Shown here: one piece after another, positions 22,375 through 31,805 of the stretch
How positions within the stretch are numbered: position 1 is the stretch's first letter
How the letters are laid out: each line of letters begins with the position of its first letter
Source: a virus
Lineage: Duplodnaviria > Heunggongvirae > Uroviricota > Caudoviricetes
Reading direction: 5' to 3' (one strand)
DNA: 64,000 nucleotides
Virus record (IMG/VR): IMGVR_UViG_637000265_000001
Made by a program: the position numbers and the translations under genes
Notes under the pieces: model-generated
Told to the model about the DNA's origin: nothing
Databases searched by the model: none
The model's input: the letters and a program-made list of their open reading frames with translations, nothing else

Positions 22375-23615
22375 TGTTCTTTTCGGGATTATTTCAACGA
22401 AAAAGTGACGCACCGGTGACCACGCCAGCAGAGCTGGCGGATGCCATCGGGTTGTCCTACGACACCTATACCGGAAAGCAGATCAGCAGTCAGCGAGCCA
22501 TGCGACTGACGGCGGTTTTTTCCTGCGTCAGAGTGCTGGCAGAGTCGGTCGGGATGTTGCCCTGCAATCTGTATCACCTGAACGGCAGCCTGAAGCAGAG
22601 AGCCACCGGCGAACGTCTGCATAAACTGATCTCCACGCATCCCAATAGCTATATGACGCCGCAGGAGTTATGGGAGCTGGTGGTCACCTGTCTGTGTCTG
22701 AGGGGAAATTTTTACGCCTACAAAGTGAAAGCATTTGGCGAAGTGGCTGAACTGCTGCCCGTCGATCCCGGTTGTGTGGTACCGAAGCTTAACAGTAGCT
22801 GGGAACCGGTTTACCAGGTCACATTTCCGGATGGCTCCACGGATGTACTGAGCCAGGAAGATATCTGGCATGTGCGCACGCTGACGCTGGACGGTCTGGT
22901 GGGACTGAATCCCATCGCCTATGCCCGCGAGGCAATATCGCTGGCGGCAGCGACCGAAGAGCACGGGGCCAGACTGTTCAGCAATGGCGCGGTGACGTCG
23001 GGTGTGTTGCGTACAGAGCAGACGCTGTCGGATCAGGCTTATGAGCGCCTGAAGAAAGATTTTGAGGAGCGTCACACCGGGCTTGGCAATGCTCACCGCC
23101 CGATGATCCTTGAGATGGGGCGGGACTGGAAGTCGATGGCGTTGAACGCAGAGGACAGCCAGTTCCTGGAAACCCGCAAGTTTCAGCTTGAAGAAATCTG
23201 TCGTCTGTTCCGGGTGCCATTGCACATGGTGCAGAACACCGATCGCGCCACCTTCAACAATATCGAAGAACTGGGGCTCGGATTTATCAACTATTCACTG
23301 GTGCCGTATCTGACCCGCATCGAACAGCGGATCAACACCGGACTGGTACGAAAAAGTAAGCAGGGCGTTTATTACGCCAAATTTAACGCCGGGGCGTTAC
23401 TGCGCGGGGATATGAAGTCCCGTTTTGAAGCCTACGCCACCGGGATTAACTGGGGAATTTACTCTCCCAATGACTGCCGCGACCTGGAAGATATGAATCC
23501 GCGTCCCGGTGGGAATGTCTATCTCACACCGATGAACATGACCACGAAACCCTCCGATGGCAGTAAAGCCGGTAAGCAGAAGGATAACGCCAATGCAGAC
23601 GAAACAACGTCTTGA
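22374..23615 (+). CDS. portal protein, HK97 family (413 aa, GTG start)
   Basis: Size and position between terminase and prohead protease. Confidence 0.85.
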   Translation: MFFSGLFQRKSDAPVTTPAELADAIGLSYDTYTGKQISSQRAMRLTAVFSCVRVLAESVGMLPCNLYHLNGSLKQRATGERLHKLISTHPNSYMTPQELWELVVTCLCLRGNFYAYKVKAFGEVAELLPVDPGCVVPKLNSSWEPVYQVTFPDGSTDVLSQEDIWHVRTLTLDGLVGLNPIAYAREAISLAAATEEHGARLFSNGAVTSGVLRTEQTLSDQAYERLKKDFEERHTGLGNAHRPMILEMGRDWKSMALNAEDSQFLETRKFQLEEICRLFRVPLHMVQNTDRATFNNIEELGLGFINYSLVPYLTRIEQRINTGLVRKSKQGVYYAKFNAGALLRGDMKSRFEAYATGINWGIYSPNDCRDLEDMNPRPGGNVYLTPMNMTTKPSDGSKAGKQKDNANADETTS

Positions 23616-24243
23616 TGTACCGCTGAGTCTGAAATCTGTCAGTGACTCCGGTGAGTTTGAAGGGTATGGCTCCGTCTTTGGTGTAAAGGACAGCCACGAT
23701 GATGTGGTGATGTCCGGGGCATTTGCTGCTTCCCTGCGGGCGTGGAGTGACCGAAAAGCGTTACCTGCGCTGCTCTGGCAGCACCGCATGGATGAACCCA
23801 TCGGTGTTTACACCGAAATGAAGGAAGACGATGTCGGGCTTTACGTCAGGGGGCGGTTGCTCATTGATGATGATCCCCTGGCAAAACGCGCACATGCACA
23901 CATGAAGGCCGGTTCGTTAACCGGCCTTTCTATTGGGTACGTCCTGAAGGACTGGGAATACGACCGGACGAAAGAAGCCTTTCTGCTGAAAGAAATCGAC
24001 CTCTGGGAAGTCAGCCTGGTGACGTTCCCGTCTAACGACGAGGCGCGGATCAGCGACGTCAAGAACGCACTGGCCCGCGGGGAAATCCCCGAACAGAAAA
24101 AAATCGAAAGAGTCCTGCGTGATGTCGGACTCTCCCGTACCCAGGCCAAAGCATTCATGGCCGGGGGCTATGGCGCACTGTCCCTGCGCGACGCTGAGGA
24201 TGTGGGCTCTGCACTGGATGCACTGAAAAATCTGAACTTCTAA
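23593..24243 (+). CDS. prohead protease, HK97 family
   Basis: Tracked ORF 23557..24243. ATG 23593 has the better RBS. ..GEFEGYGSVFGVKDSHDDVV.. is a typical N-terminal motif. Confidence 0.85.
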   Translation: MQTKQRLDVPLSLKSVSDSGEFEGYGSVFGVKDSHDDVVMSGAFAASLRAWSDRKALPALLWQHRMDEPIGVYTEMKEDDVGLYVRGRLLIDDDPLAKRAHAHMKAGSLTGLSIGYVLKDWEYDRTKEAFLLKEIDLWEVSLVTFPSNDEARISDVKNALARGEIPEQKKIERVLRDVGLSRTQAKAFMAGGYGALSLRDAEDVGSALDALKNLNF

Positions 24244-24257
24244 TCAGGAGAAATACG

Positions 24258-25463
24258 ATGGCGGTTGATATTAAAGATGTCGAACAGGTCGCGCAGGAGC
24301 TGCAGCAGAAGTTTGACGACTTCAAAGCAAAGAACGACAAGCGCGTGGATGCGATTGAGCAGGAAAAAGGCAAACTTGCCGGGCAGGTGGAAACCCTGAA
24401 CGGGAAACTCAGCGAGCTGGAAAACCTCAAAAGCGATCTTGAAAAAGAGCTGCTTGAGCTGAAACGTCCGGCAGGTGGTGCGCAAAATAAACTGGCCACC
24501 GAGCATAAAGAAGCGTTTGTGGGCTTCCTGCGTAAAGGCCGTGAAGATGGTCTGCGCGATCTGGAGCGCAAGGCATTACAGGTGGGCACCGATGAAGACG
24601 GTGGCTACGCCGTGCCGGAAGCGCTGGATCGCAACATTCTGACCCTGCTGAAAGATGAAGTGGTGATGCGCCAGGAAGCCACGGTGATCACCGTTGGCGG
24701 TTCCGACTACAAAAAACTGGTGAATCTGGGCGGCACGGCTTCCGGATGGGTTGGCGAGACTGACGCGCGTTCCCAGACTGCCACCTCAAAACTGGGGCTG
24801 ATTGAACCTTTCATGGGGGAAATCTACGGTAACCCGCAGGCCACCCAGAAAATGCTGGATGATGCCTTTTTCAACGTGGAGGCCTGGATCAACAGCGAGC
24901 TGGCAACCGAATTTGCCGAACAGGAAGAAATAGCCTTTACCACCGGCGATGGTACCAAGAAGCCGAAAGGGTTCCTGGCGTATGAATCCACGGATGAAAC
25001 CGACAAGGTCCGGGCGTTCGGCAAACTTCAGCATATTGTATCCGGCGACGCGACTGCGGTGACCGCAGACGCCATTATCAAACTGATTTACACGCTGCGA
25101 AAGGCACACCGCACTGGCGCGAAGTTCATGATGAACAACAACAGCCTGTTTGCCATCCGTCTGCTGAAAGACACCGAGGGTAACTATCTGTGGCGTCCGG
25201 GGCTGGAACTGGGGCAGCCGTCCTCTCTGGCGGGTTACGGTATCGCTGAAAACGAACAGATGCCGGATATCGCCGCTGATGCGAAAGCCATTGCATTTGG
25301 TAACTTCAAACGGGGTTACACCATCGTTGACCGTATCGGCACCCGCATTCTGCGTGATCCGTACACCAATAAACCGTTTGTCGGTTTTTATACCACCAAG
25401 CGCACCGGCGGGATGCTGGTCGATTCGCAGGCCATCAAACTGCTGAAGATTGCAGCGGCGTAA
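24258..25463 (+). CDS. major capsid protein, HK97 family (401 aa) with N-terminal delta/scaffold coiled coil
   Basis: Coiled-coil N-terminus, then a capsid core ending ..FYTTKRTGGMLVDSQAIKLLKIAAA. Follows the protease. Confidence 0.9.
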   Translation: MAVDIKDVEQVAQELQQKFDDFKAKNDKRVDAIEQEKGKLAGQVETLNGKLSELENLKSDLEKELLELKRPAGGAQNKLATEHKEAFVGFLRKGREDGLRDLERKALQVGTDEDGGYAVPEALDRNILTLLKDEVVMRQEATVITVGGSDYKKLVNLGGTASGWVGETDARSQTATSKLGLIEPFMGEIYGNPQATQKMLDDAFFNVEAWINSELATEFAEQEEIAFTTGDGTKKPKGFLAYESTDETDKVRAFGKLQHIVSGDATAVTADAIIKLIYTLRKAHRTGAKFMMNNNSLFAIRLLKDTEGNYLWRPGLELGQPSSLAGYGIAENEQMPDIAADAKAIAFGNFKRGYTIVDRIGTRILRDPYTNKPFVGFYTTKRTGGMLVDSQAIKLLKIAAA

Positions 25464-25471
25464 TCATTCAG

Positions 25472-25491
25472 GGGCGCGGAACCGCGCCCCC
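25472..25491 (+). terminator. GC-rich hairpin after the capsid gene
   Basis: GGGGCGCGG-AA-CCGCGCCCC. The downstream T-tract is weak. Confidence 0.5.
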
Positions 25492-25512
25492 TGTTCTGAC
25501 GGGTGAAGAATC

Positions 25513-25713
25513 ATGATCCTGAAACAAGATCTGAAATGGTCACCGGACGGTATGCGTGTTGAGGTCATTCGGGCCGGTGAGTATGACGACGGGGCGCTTC
25601 CTGCCCGGGTGCAGGAGATTGCACTTCAGGCCGGGTTAGCAGAGCGCGGAATCAGTGCAAAAAGCAGTAAAGCGGCAAAAGAGAAAAAAGCCACGACCAG
25701 TAAAGAGGGCTGA
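25513..25713 (+). CDS. hypothetical head-region protein (66 aa)
   Basis: Tracked ORF assigned by synteny. Confidence 0.5.
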   Translation: MILKQDLKWSPDGMRVEVIRAGEYDDGALPARVQEIALQAGLAERGISAKSSKAAKEKKATTSKEG

Positions 25714-25715
25714 GT

Positions 25716-26039
25716 ATGCTTCTGACAATGGAAGAGATTAAAGCCCAACTCCGGCTGGATGAGGATTTCGATGTTGATGACCGCCATCTGCAACTGCTGG
25801 CCTGTGCGGCGCAAAAGCGGACGGAAACGTATCTGAACCGGAAGCTCTATGCACCGGATGAAACCATTCCGGACAGCGACCCGGACGGGCTACACCTGCC
25901 GGATGATATTCGTCTGGGGATGCTGATGCTTATCAGCCATTTTTACGAAAACCGCTCGTCGGTTACGGAAGTGGAGAAACTCGACATGCCGCAGAGTTTT
26001 GGCTGGCTTGTTGGCCCGTACAGGTACTTTCCGCAATGA
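25716..26039 (+). CDS. head-tail connector (gp6-like DNA packaging) protein
   Basis: Size, position and ..EEIKAQLRLDEDFD.DD..L motif. Confidence 0.7.
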   Translation: MLLTMEEIKAQLRLDEDFDVDDRHLQLLACAAQKRTETYLNRKLYAPDETIPDSDPDGLHLPDDIRLGMLMLISHFYENRSSVTEVEKLDMPQSFGWLVGPYRYFPQ

Positions 26040-26446
26040 AAATTCGTCAGGCGCAGACCAGCGCAACCTACATTCTGCCGGACCCCGGCGAACTGAATAA
26101 ACGCGTCCTGATCCGCCAGCGGGTGGATATGCCCGCGGATAACTTTGGCGTGGAGCCTCAATATCCGGTTACGTTCCGGACATGGGCGAAGGTTATCCAG
26201 ACCAGTGCCACCACCTGGCAGGAAACCGCGCAGACCGGGGACGCCATCACCCATTACATCACCATTCGTTACCGCAGGGGGATCACCGCTGATTATGAGG
26301 TGGTCTGCGGTGACAGTGTGTACCGGGTGAAACGTCAGCGCGATCTGAACGGGGCGCGGCGCTTTCTGCTGCTGGAGTGTACGGAGCTGGGCGAATTTAC
26401 GCAGAGTCACGGAGGCAGCAATGGCGACTTCCTTTTTGCACGTTGA
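26036..26446 (+). CDS. head closure / head-tail adaptor protein
   Basis: Synteny and overlapping stop/start. Confidence 0.6.
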   Translation: MKIRQAQTSATYILPDPGELNKRVLIRQRVDMPADNFGVEPQYPVTFRTWAKVIQTSATTWQETAQTGDAITHYITIRYRRGITADYEVVCGDSVYRVKRQRDLNGARRFLLLECTELGEFTQSHGGSNGDFLFAR

Positions 26447-26927
26447 TTTTCAGCAGCCCGCGGAGATGCGCTTTAACCGCGCCCGTGTCCGGCGGGCGTT
26501 TGTCACGATTGGTCAGCGTCATATGCGTGATGCCCGTCGGCTGGTGATGCGCCGTGCGCGGTCGGCACCGGGTGAAAACCCCGGTTATCAGACCGGACGC
26601 CTGGCTCGTTCGATTGGTTACATGGTACCCAGAGCCAGTAAACATCGCCCTGGTTTTATGGCACGTATAGCCCCTAACCAGCGTAATGGAGAGGGAAACC
26701 GCCGTATCACCGGTGATTTTTATCCGGCTTTTTTGTTCTATGGCGTGAGGCGAGGGGCAAAGCGTCGTCGCAGCCATCATCGTGGTGCATCCGGTGGCAG
26801 CGGCTGGCGACTGGCTCCACGTAATAACTTCATGGTGGAAACGCTTGAAAAGAACCGCAGCTGGACACGCTATTTTCTGGCGCGGGAATTGCGTAAATCA
26901 CTGAAGCCGGAGCGACGACACAGATGA
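26421..26927 (+). CDS. HK97 gp10-like tail completion protein
   Basis: Synteny. Arg-rich. GGAGG RBS. Confidence 0.55.
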   Translation: MATSFLHVDFQQPAEMRFNRARVRRAFVTIGQRHMRDARRLVMRRARSAPGENPGYQTGRLARSIGYMVPRASKHRPGFMARIAPNQRNGEGNRRITGDFYPAFLFYGVRRGAKRRRSHHRGASGGSGWRLAPRNNFMVETLEKNRSWTRYFLARELRKSLKPERRHR

Positions 26928-27484
26928 AACTGACGCCTGTTATTGCTGCACTGCGTGCCCGCTGTCCGTATTTTGAAAACCGGGTTGCAGGCGCGGCCCA
27001 GTTCAAAAATCTGCCGGAGGTCGGAAAGCTGAAACTCCCGGCGGCATATGTTGTACCGGGTGATGATTCTCCGGGAGAAAACAAAAGCCAGACCGACTAC
27101 TGGCAGGAGCTGAAAGAGGGTTTCTCCGTGGTTGTCATACTGAGTAACGGGCGTGATGAGCGCGGTCAGTTTGCCTCGTATGATGTGGTGGACGATGTCC
27201 GGCAGATGCTCTTTAAGGCTCTGCTGGGCTGGAACCCGGAGGCGTGCGGTAACCCGATTACCTATGACGGCGGCACGCTGCTGGATCTGAATCGTCATGA
27301 GCTGATTTATCAGTTCGATTTTTCGGTCATCAGCGAGCTGACTGAAGACGATACCCGCCAGCAGGATGATCTGAACAGTCTGGATGAACTGCAAACGCTG
27401 GCGATTGATGTTGATTATCTCGAGCCCGGTAACGGGCCTGACGGCGATATAGAACATCACACCGAAATAACCCTTCCTTCCTGA
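26924..27484 (+). CDS. tail terminator / Mu gp37-like protein
   Basis: Synteny directly upstream of the sheath gene. Confidence 0.5.
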   Translation: MKLTPVIAALRARCPYFENRVAGAAQFKNLPEVGKLKLPAAYVVPGDDSPGENKSQTDYWQELKEGFSVVVILSNGRDERGQFASYDVVDDVRQMLFKALLGWNPEACGNPITYDGGTLLDLNRHELIYQFDFSVISELTEDDTRQQDDLNSLDELQTLAIDVDYLEPGNGPDGDIEHHTEITLPS

Positions 27485-27492
27485 GGATCCTC

Positions 27493-27663
27493 ATGTTTGT
27501 CAAACCTGTTAAAGGGCGGTCAGTGCCTGACCCTGCCCGCGGCGACCTTTTGCCCGCCGAAGGGCGAAATGTTGATGAGAACAACTACTGGCTGCGCCGT
27601 GAAGCAGCGGGTGATATCCGGCGCGTGAATAAAAAGGTGAACACCGATGACGATAAGCTTTAA
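27493..27663 (+). CDS. small conserved protein preceding the sheath gene (56 aa; Mu gp38 position)
   Basis: Not in the ORF track (<60 aa). ATG 27493, MFVKPVKGRSVPDPARGDLLPAEGRNVDENNYWLRREAAGD.. Overlaps the sheath start. Confidence 0.5.
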   Translation: MFVKPVKGRSVPDPARGDLLPAEGRNVDENNYWLRREAAGDIRRVNKKVNTDDDKL

Positions 27664-29143
27664 CACCATTCCGTCGAATACGCTGGTTCCGCTGTTTTAT
27701 GCGGAAATGGATAACCAGGCTGCGAATACTGCACAGGACAGCGGAGCATCGCTGCTGATTGGTCATGCCAATAACGGTGCAGAGATTGTTGCCAACAGTC
27801 TGGTGCTGATGCCGTCGGCAGACTATGCACGCCAGATTTGTGGTGCGGGAAGTCAGCTGGCGCGTATGGTCGAGGCTTATCGCCAGACCGACCCGTTTGG
27901 TGAGCTGTATGTGATTGCCGTTCCGGAAGCCACAGGCGCGGCGGCAACGGTTACGCTGACGGTGACCGGGGAAGCAACCGAAAGCGGCACGGTGAATGTC
28001 TATGTGGGACGTACCCGCGTGCAGGCTCCGGTGACCAACGGCGATAACGTCACGACGATTGCCAGCAGTATCAAAGATGCCATCAATGCCGTTCCGACTC
28101 TGCCGTTTACAGCTTCATCTTCGGCTGGTGTTGTCACGCTGACCGCGCGTCATAAGGGGCTTTGCGGGAATGAAATTCCTGTCAGCCTCAATTACTACGG
28201 CTTCGGTGGGGGCGAAGTGCTGCCAGCGGGCGTACAGATTGCCGTGGCGACGGGGACCGCCGGAACGGGCGCTCCGGTTCTCACCGGCGCGGTGGCTGCA
28301 ATGGCGGATGAGCCGTTTGATTATATCGGTCTGCCGTTCAACGACACGGCCTCCGTTAACACGCTGGTGACCGAGATGAACGATACCAGCGGTCGCTGGA
28401 GCTATGCGCGTCAGCTGTATGGTCATGTGTATACGGCAAAGACCGGCACACTGTCAGAACTGGTGAACGCAGGTGACCAGTTTAACCAGCAGCACATCAC
28501 CCTGGCGGGGTACGAAAAAGAGACCCAGACGCCTGCCGACGAGCTGGCGGCAAGCCGTACCGCCCGCGCAGCGGTGTTTATCCGCAACGATCCGGCACGT
28601 CCCACGCAGACCGGTGAGCTGGTGGGTATGCTGCCTGCGCCGAAGGGGAAACGGTTCACGATGACCGAGCAGCAGACCCTGCTGTCTCATGGCGTGGCAA
28701 CGGCGTATGTCGAAAGCGGGGTGCTGCGCATTCAGCGTGATGTCACCACGTACAGGAAAAATGCTTACGGGGTTGCGGATAACAGTTACCTCGACAGTGA
28801 GACGCTGCATACCAGCGCGTATGTACTGCGCAAACTGAAATCCGTCATTACCAGTAAGTACGGGCGTCACAAGCTTGCCAGTGACGGTACCCGCTTTGGT
28901 CCCGGTCAGGCGATTGTCACCCCGGCGGTGATCAAAGGGGAACTGCTGGCAACCTACCGTCAGCTTGAGCGTGCGGGGATCGTGGAAAACTACGAACTGT
29001 TTAAGCAGTACCTGGTTGTGGAGCGTGATGCCAGCGATCCGAACCGCCTTAACACGCTGTTCCCGCCTGACTATGTTAACCAGCTGCGTGTCTTTGCCGT
29101 GGTTAATCAGTTCCGTCTTCAGTATTCAGAGGAGTCTGCATAA
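27647..29143 (+). CDS. contractile tail sheath protein (Mu gpL-like, 498 aa)
   Basis: Size and position upstream of the tube gene. Confidence 0.88.
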   Translation: MTISFNTIPSNTLVPLFYAEMDNQAANTAQDSGASLLIGHANNGAEIVANSLVLMPSADYARQICGAGSQLARMVEAYRQTDPFGELYVIAVPEATGAAATVTLTVTGEATESGTVNVYVGRTRVQAPVTNGDNVTTIASSIKDAINAVPTLPFTASSSAGVVTLTARHKGLCGNEIPVSLNYYGFGGGEVLPAGVQIAVATGTAGTGAPVLTGAVAAMADEPFDYIGLPFNDTASVNTLVTEMNDTSGRWSYARQLYGHVYTAKTGTLSELVNAGDQFNQQHITLAGYEKETQTPADELAASRTARAAVFIRNDPARPTQTGELVGMLPAPKGKRFTMTEQQTLLSHGVATAYVESGVLRIQRDVTTYRKNAYGVADNSYLDSETLHTSAYVLRKLKSVITSKYGRHKLASDGTRFGPGQAIVTPAVIKGELLATYRQLERAGIVENYELFKQYLVVERDASDPNRLNTLFPPDYVNQLRVFAVVNQFRLQYSEESA

Positions 29144-29499
29144 TGGCCCGTATCGGGGGAACCTGTTATTTCAAAATTGACGGTCAGCAGCTATCGCTGA
29201 CCGGCGGCATTGAGGTGCCCATGAACAGGACGGTCAATGATGACATCATCGGCCTGGACGGTTCAGTGGACCGCAAGGAAACTCACCGTGCGCCTTATGT
29301 CAAAGGGACCTTCAAGGTGCCGAAGAATTTTCCGGTGAACAAAATCACCTCGTCTGATGAGATGACAATCACTGCCGAGTTGGCGAACGGTCAGGTCTAT
29401 GTACTGTCGTCTGCCTGGCTGCACGGCGAAGCGAACCATAATGCCGAAGAAGGCACGGTTGATCTTGAGTTCCACGGTGAAGAAGGGGATTACCAGTAA
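29143..29499 (+). CDS. tail tube protein (Mu gpM-like)
   Basis: 118 aa immediately after the sheath, with an ATGA-type overlap. Confidence 0.85.
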   Translation: MARIGGTCYFKIDGQQLSLTGGIEVPMNRTVNDDIIGLDGSVDRKETHRAPYVKGTFKVPKNFPVNKITSSDEMTITAELANGQVYVLSSAWLHGEANHNAEEGTVDLEFHGEEGDYQ

Positions 29500-29768
29500 T
29501 GAAAGAGCTTGAGTTAAAGAAACCGATTACTGCTCATGGCGAGACACTCTCCGTACTGGAGTTTGATGAGCCCACCGGGAAGGATGTCCGCGAGCTGGGG
29601 TATCCCTACCAGATGAATCAGGATGAGTCAGTCAGACTTCTGGCGCATGTGGTGTCGAAATACATTGTGCGGCTGGCGAAAGTGCCGCAAAGCTCTGTCG
29701 ACCAGATGTCTCCGGCAGACCTGAATGCAGCGGCGTGGCTTGTGGCTGGTTTTTTCCTCCAGGCCTGA
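29499..29768 (+). CDS. tail assembly chaperone, short form
   Basis: 89 aa between tube and tape measure. Confidence 0.8.
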   Translation: MKELELKKPITAHGETLSVLEFDEPTGKDVRELGYPYQMNQDESVRLLAHVVSKYIVRLAKVPQSSVDQMSPADLNAAAWLVAGFFLQA

Positions 29769-29917
29769 CGGCTGAATACCTCACTGATCGCTTCTTTGAC
29801 TGCGCCAGCTACTGGCGCATTAATCCTTTCGAATTGCTGAATATGCCGATCAGTGAAATTCCCTTACTGGTCAGTCAGGCAAACAGGATAGAGCAGGAGA
29901 AACGCACACATGGCTGA
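29499..29917 (+). CDS. tail assembly chaperone, -1 frameshift extended form
   Basis: Slippery T-TTT-TTC at 29750-29756 in the zero frame. The -1 frame continues as FFPPGLTAEYLTDRFFDC.. (tracked ORF 29735..29917) and ends overlapping the tape-measure ATG. Confidence 0.75.
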
Positions 29918-31745
29918 ATTTGAGCTTAAGGCGTTGATCACCGGTGTCGACAGGCTTTCTCCCGCGCTGTCGAAAATGCAAAAGAAAATCCGGGGATTTA
30001 AACGCCAGGCGGAAGAAGCGTCACAGGGTGGGCTGGCGCTTGGTGGCGGACTGGCTGCGGGTCTGACGCTTTCCCTGAAATCTTATGCCGATCAGGAAAA
30101 CGCCGCCACCGGGCTGAAAGTCGCCATGATGGATGCGAACGGCGAGGTTGGAAAGAGCTTTCAGGACATCAATAAACTGGCTATTGGCCTGGGTAACCAG
30201 CTACCCGGTACAACGGCTGATTTCCAGAACATGATGCAGATGCTGGTGCGTCAGGGGATCCAGGCAGAAAACATTCTTGGCGGTGTGGGTAAAGCGACAG
30301 CTTATCTTGCGGTACAACTGAAAAAAACACCGGAAGCGGCTGCTGAGTTTGCTGCAAAGATGCAGGATGCTACCGGAACGGCGTCAGAAGACATGATGGG
30401 GCTGTTCGACACTATCCAGAAGGCGTTTTATCTGGGCGTTGACGATACCAACATGTTGTCCTTCTTCACTAAAACCAGTTCTGTTCTGAAGATGGTGAAC
30501 AAGGACGGTCTTCAGGCTGCACAGAGCCTTGCCCCCATCAGCGTCATGATGGATCAGATGGGGATGAACGGGGAGTCGGCAGGTAATGCCCTGCGAAAAG
30601 TTATCCAGTCCGGATTAAGCGTTAAGAAAATCAGGGACGTCAATAAAGTTATGGCCCGCCAGAAACTCGGGGTACAGCTCGATTTTACTGACGGCAAAGG
30701 GAGTTTTGGCGGTCTTGATAACATGTTTAAACAACTGGCAAAGCTGCGAAAACTGACCGACGTTAAGCGAACAGGTGTACTTAAGGCAATATTTGGTGAT
30801 GATGCCGAAACCCTTCAGGTGGTAAATGCTCTGATCGATAAAGGAAAGGATGGTTACGATCAGATCCAGCAGAAGATGAATAAACAGGCCAGTCTGAATA
30901 AACGTGTTCAGGCCCAGCTTGGTACGCTGTCCAACCTGTGGGAGGCAATGACGGGGACCGCAACTAACGGCCTTGCGGCTATTGGCGGCGCATTTTCTGG
31001 TGACGCCAAAAATATCACGCAATGGCTGGGGGAGTTAGGGGAAAAATTCACGAAGTTTGCGGATGAAAATCCCCGGGTTATTCGCGGTGTCGTCGGGCTT
31101 GCTGCCGGTCTTGCGATTCTGAAACTGGGATTGATGGGCGTGGGCAGTGCCATCAGTATCGTCAGCAGGATCATGTCGATGACGCCGATTGGCATGATTG
31201 CGACGGCGATTGCCCTGGCTGCGGGATTAATTATCACTAACTGGGATGTTGTCGGACCTTATTTTAAGAAACTCTGGGAAACCATTAGTCCTTATTTTGA
31301 GGCTGGCTGGGAACTTCTGAAGAAGGTTTTTGCCTGGTCGCCGCTGGGGATGGTGATCAATAACTGGGGACCGGTTGTTAAGTGGTTTCAGGATATGTGG
31401 GATAAGCTGAAGCCGATTATTGAATGGTTTACCGATAGTTCCGGTGACACGGTCGATGCCATTAACTCGGCGCAGTGGGGCGCGGGTGCTTATGATGCTT
31501 ATGGGACGGGAATACCGGCACGGGGATACACACCTTATCAGGCGGTAGATCCGGCTCAGTCAAACAACGCCTCCGATGCCACAGGCCCGAATCCCTTCAT
31601 GATTAACAAAGCTTCTGCGCCAAAAGTTGATGGTGAGATCAAGGTCTCTTTTGTGAATTCGCCTCCGGGTATGCGGGTTATGGAAACGCGATCCAGCGGT
31701 TTTGATGTCAGCCATGATGTTGGCTATACGCGCTTTGGCAGGTAA
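29910..31745 (+). CDS. tail tape measure protein (611 aa)
   Basis: Length, position, and helical plus hydrophobic central segments. Confidence 0.88.
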   Translation: MAEFELKALITGVDRLSPALSKMQKKIRGFKRQAEEASQGGLALGGGLAAGLTLSLKSYADQENAATGLKVAMMDANGEVGKSFQDINKLAIGLGNQLPGTTADFQNMMQMLVRQGIQAENILGGVGKATAYLAVQLKKTPEAAAEFAAKMQDATGTASEDMMGLFDTIQKAFYLGVDDTNMLSFFTKTSSVLKMVNKDGLQAAQSLAPISVMMDQMGMNGESAGNALRKVIQSGLSVKKIRDVNKVMARQKLGVQLDFTDGKGSFGGLDNMFKQLAKLRKLTDVKRTGVLKAIFGDDAETLQVVNALIDKGKDGYDQIQQKMNKQASLNKRVQAQLGTLSNLWEAMTGTATNGLAAIGGAFSGDAKNITQWLGELGEKFTKFADENPRVIRGVVGLAAGLAILKLGLMGVGSAISIVSRIMSMTPIGMIATAIALAAGLIITNWDVVGPYFKKLWETISPYFEAGWELLKKVFAWSPLGMVINNWGPVVKWFQDMWDKLKPIIEWFTDSSGDTVDAINSAQWGAGAYDAYGTGIPARGYTPYQAVDPAQSNNASDATGPNPFMINKASAPKVDGEIKVSFVNSPPGMRVMETRSSGFDVSHDVGYTRFGR

Positions 31746-31805
31746 TGAAAAATTAATCTGTTAATGAGTCCCACTCCGGTGGGATTTTTTATGTACGGAG
31801 TTTAT

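Noticed and set aside
22668-23225. 185-aa minus-strand ORF inside the HK97-type portal gene, plus many similar antisense ORFs throughout the GC-rich SfV-type structural block (for example 26870..27460, 32486..32983, 34713..35171)
   Set aside because: These are typical shadow ORFs of GC-rich coding sequence, Arg/Pro/His-rich, and fully contained in well-supported plus-strand genes.
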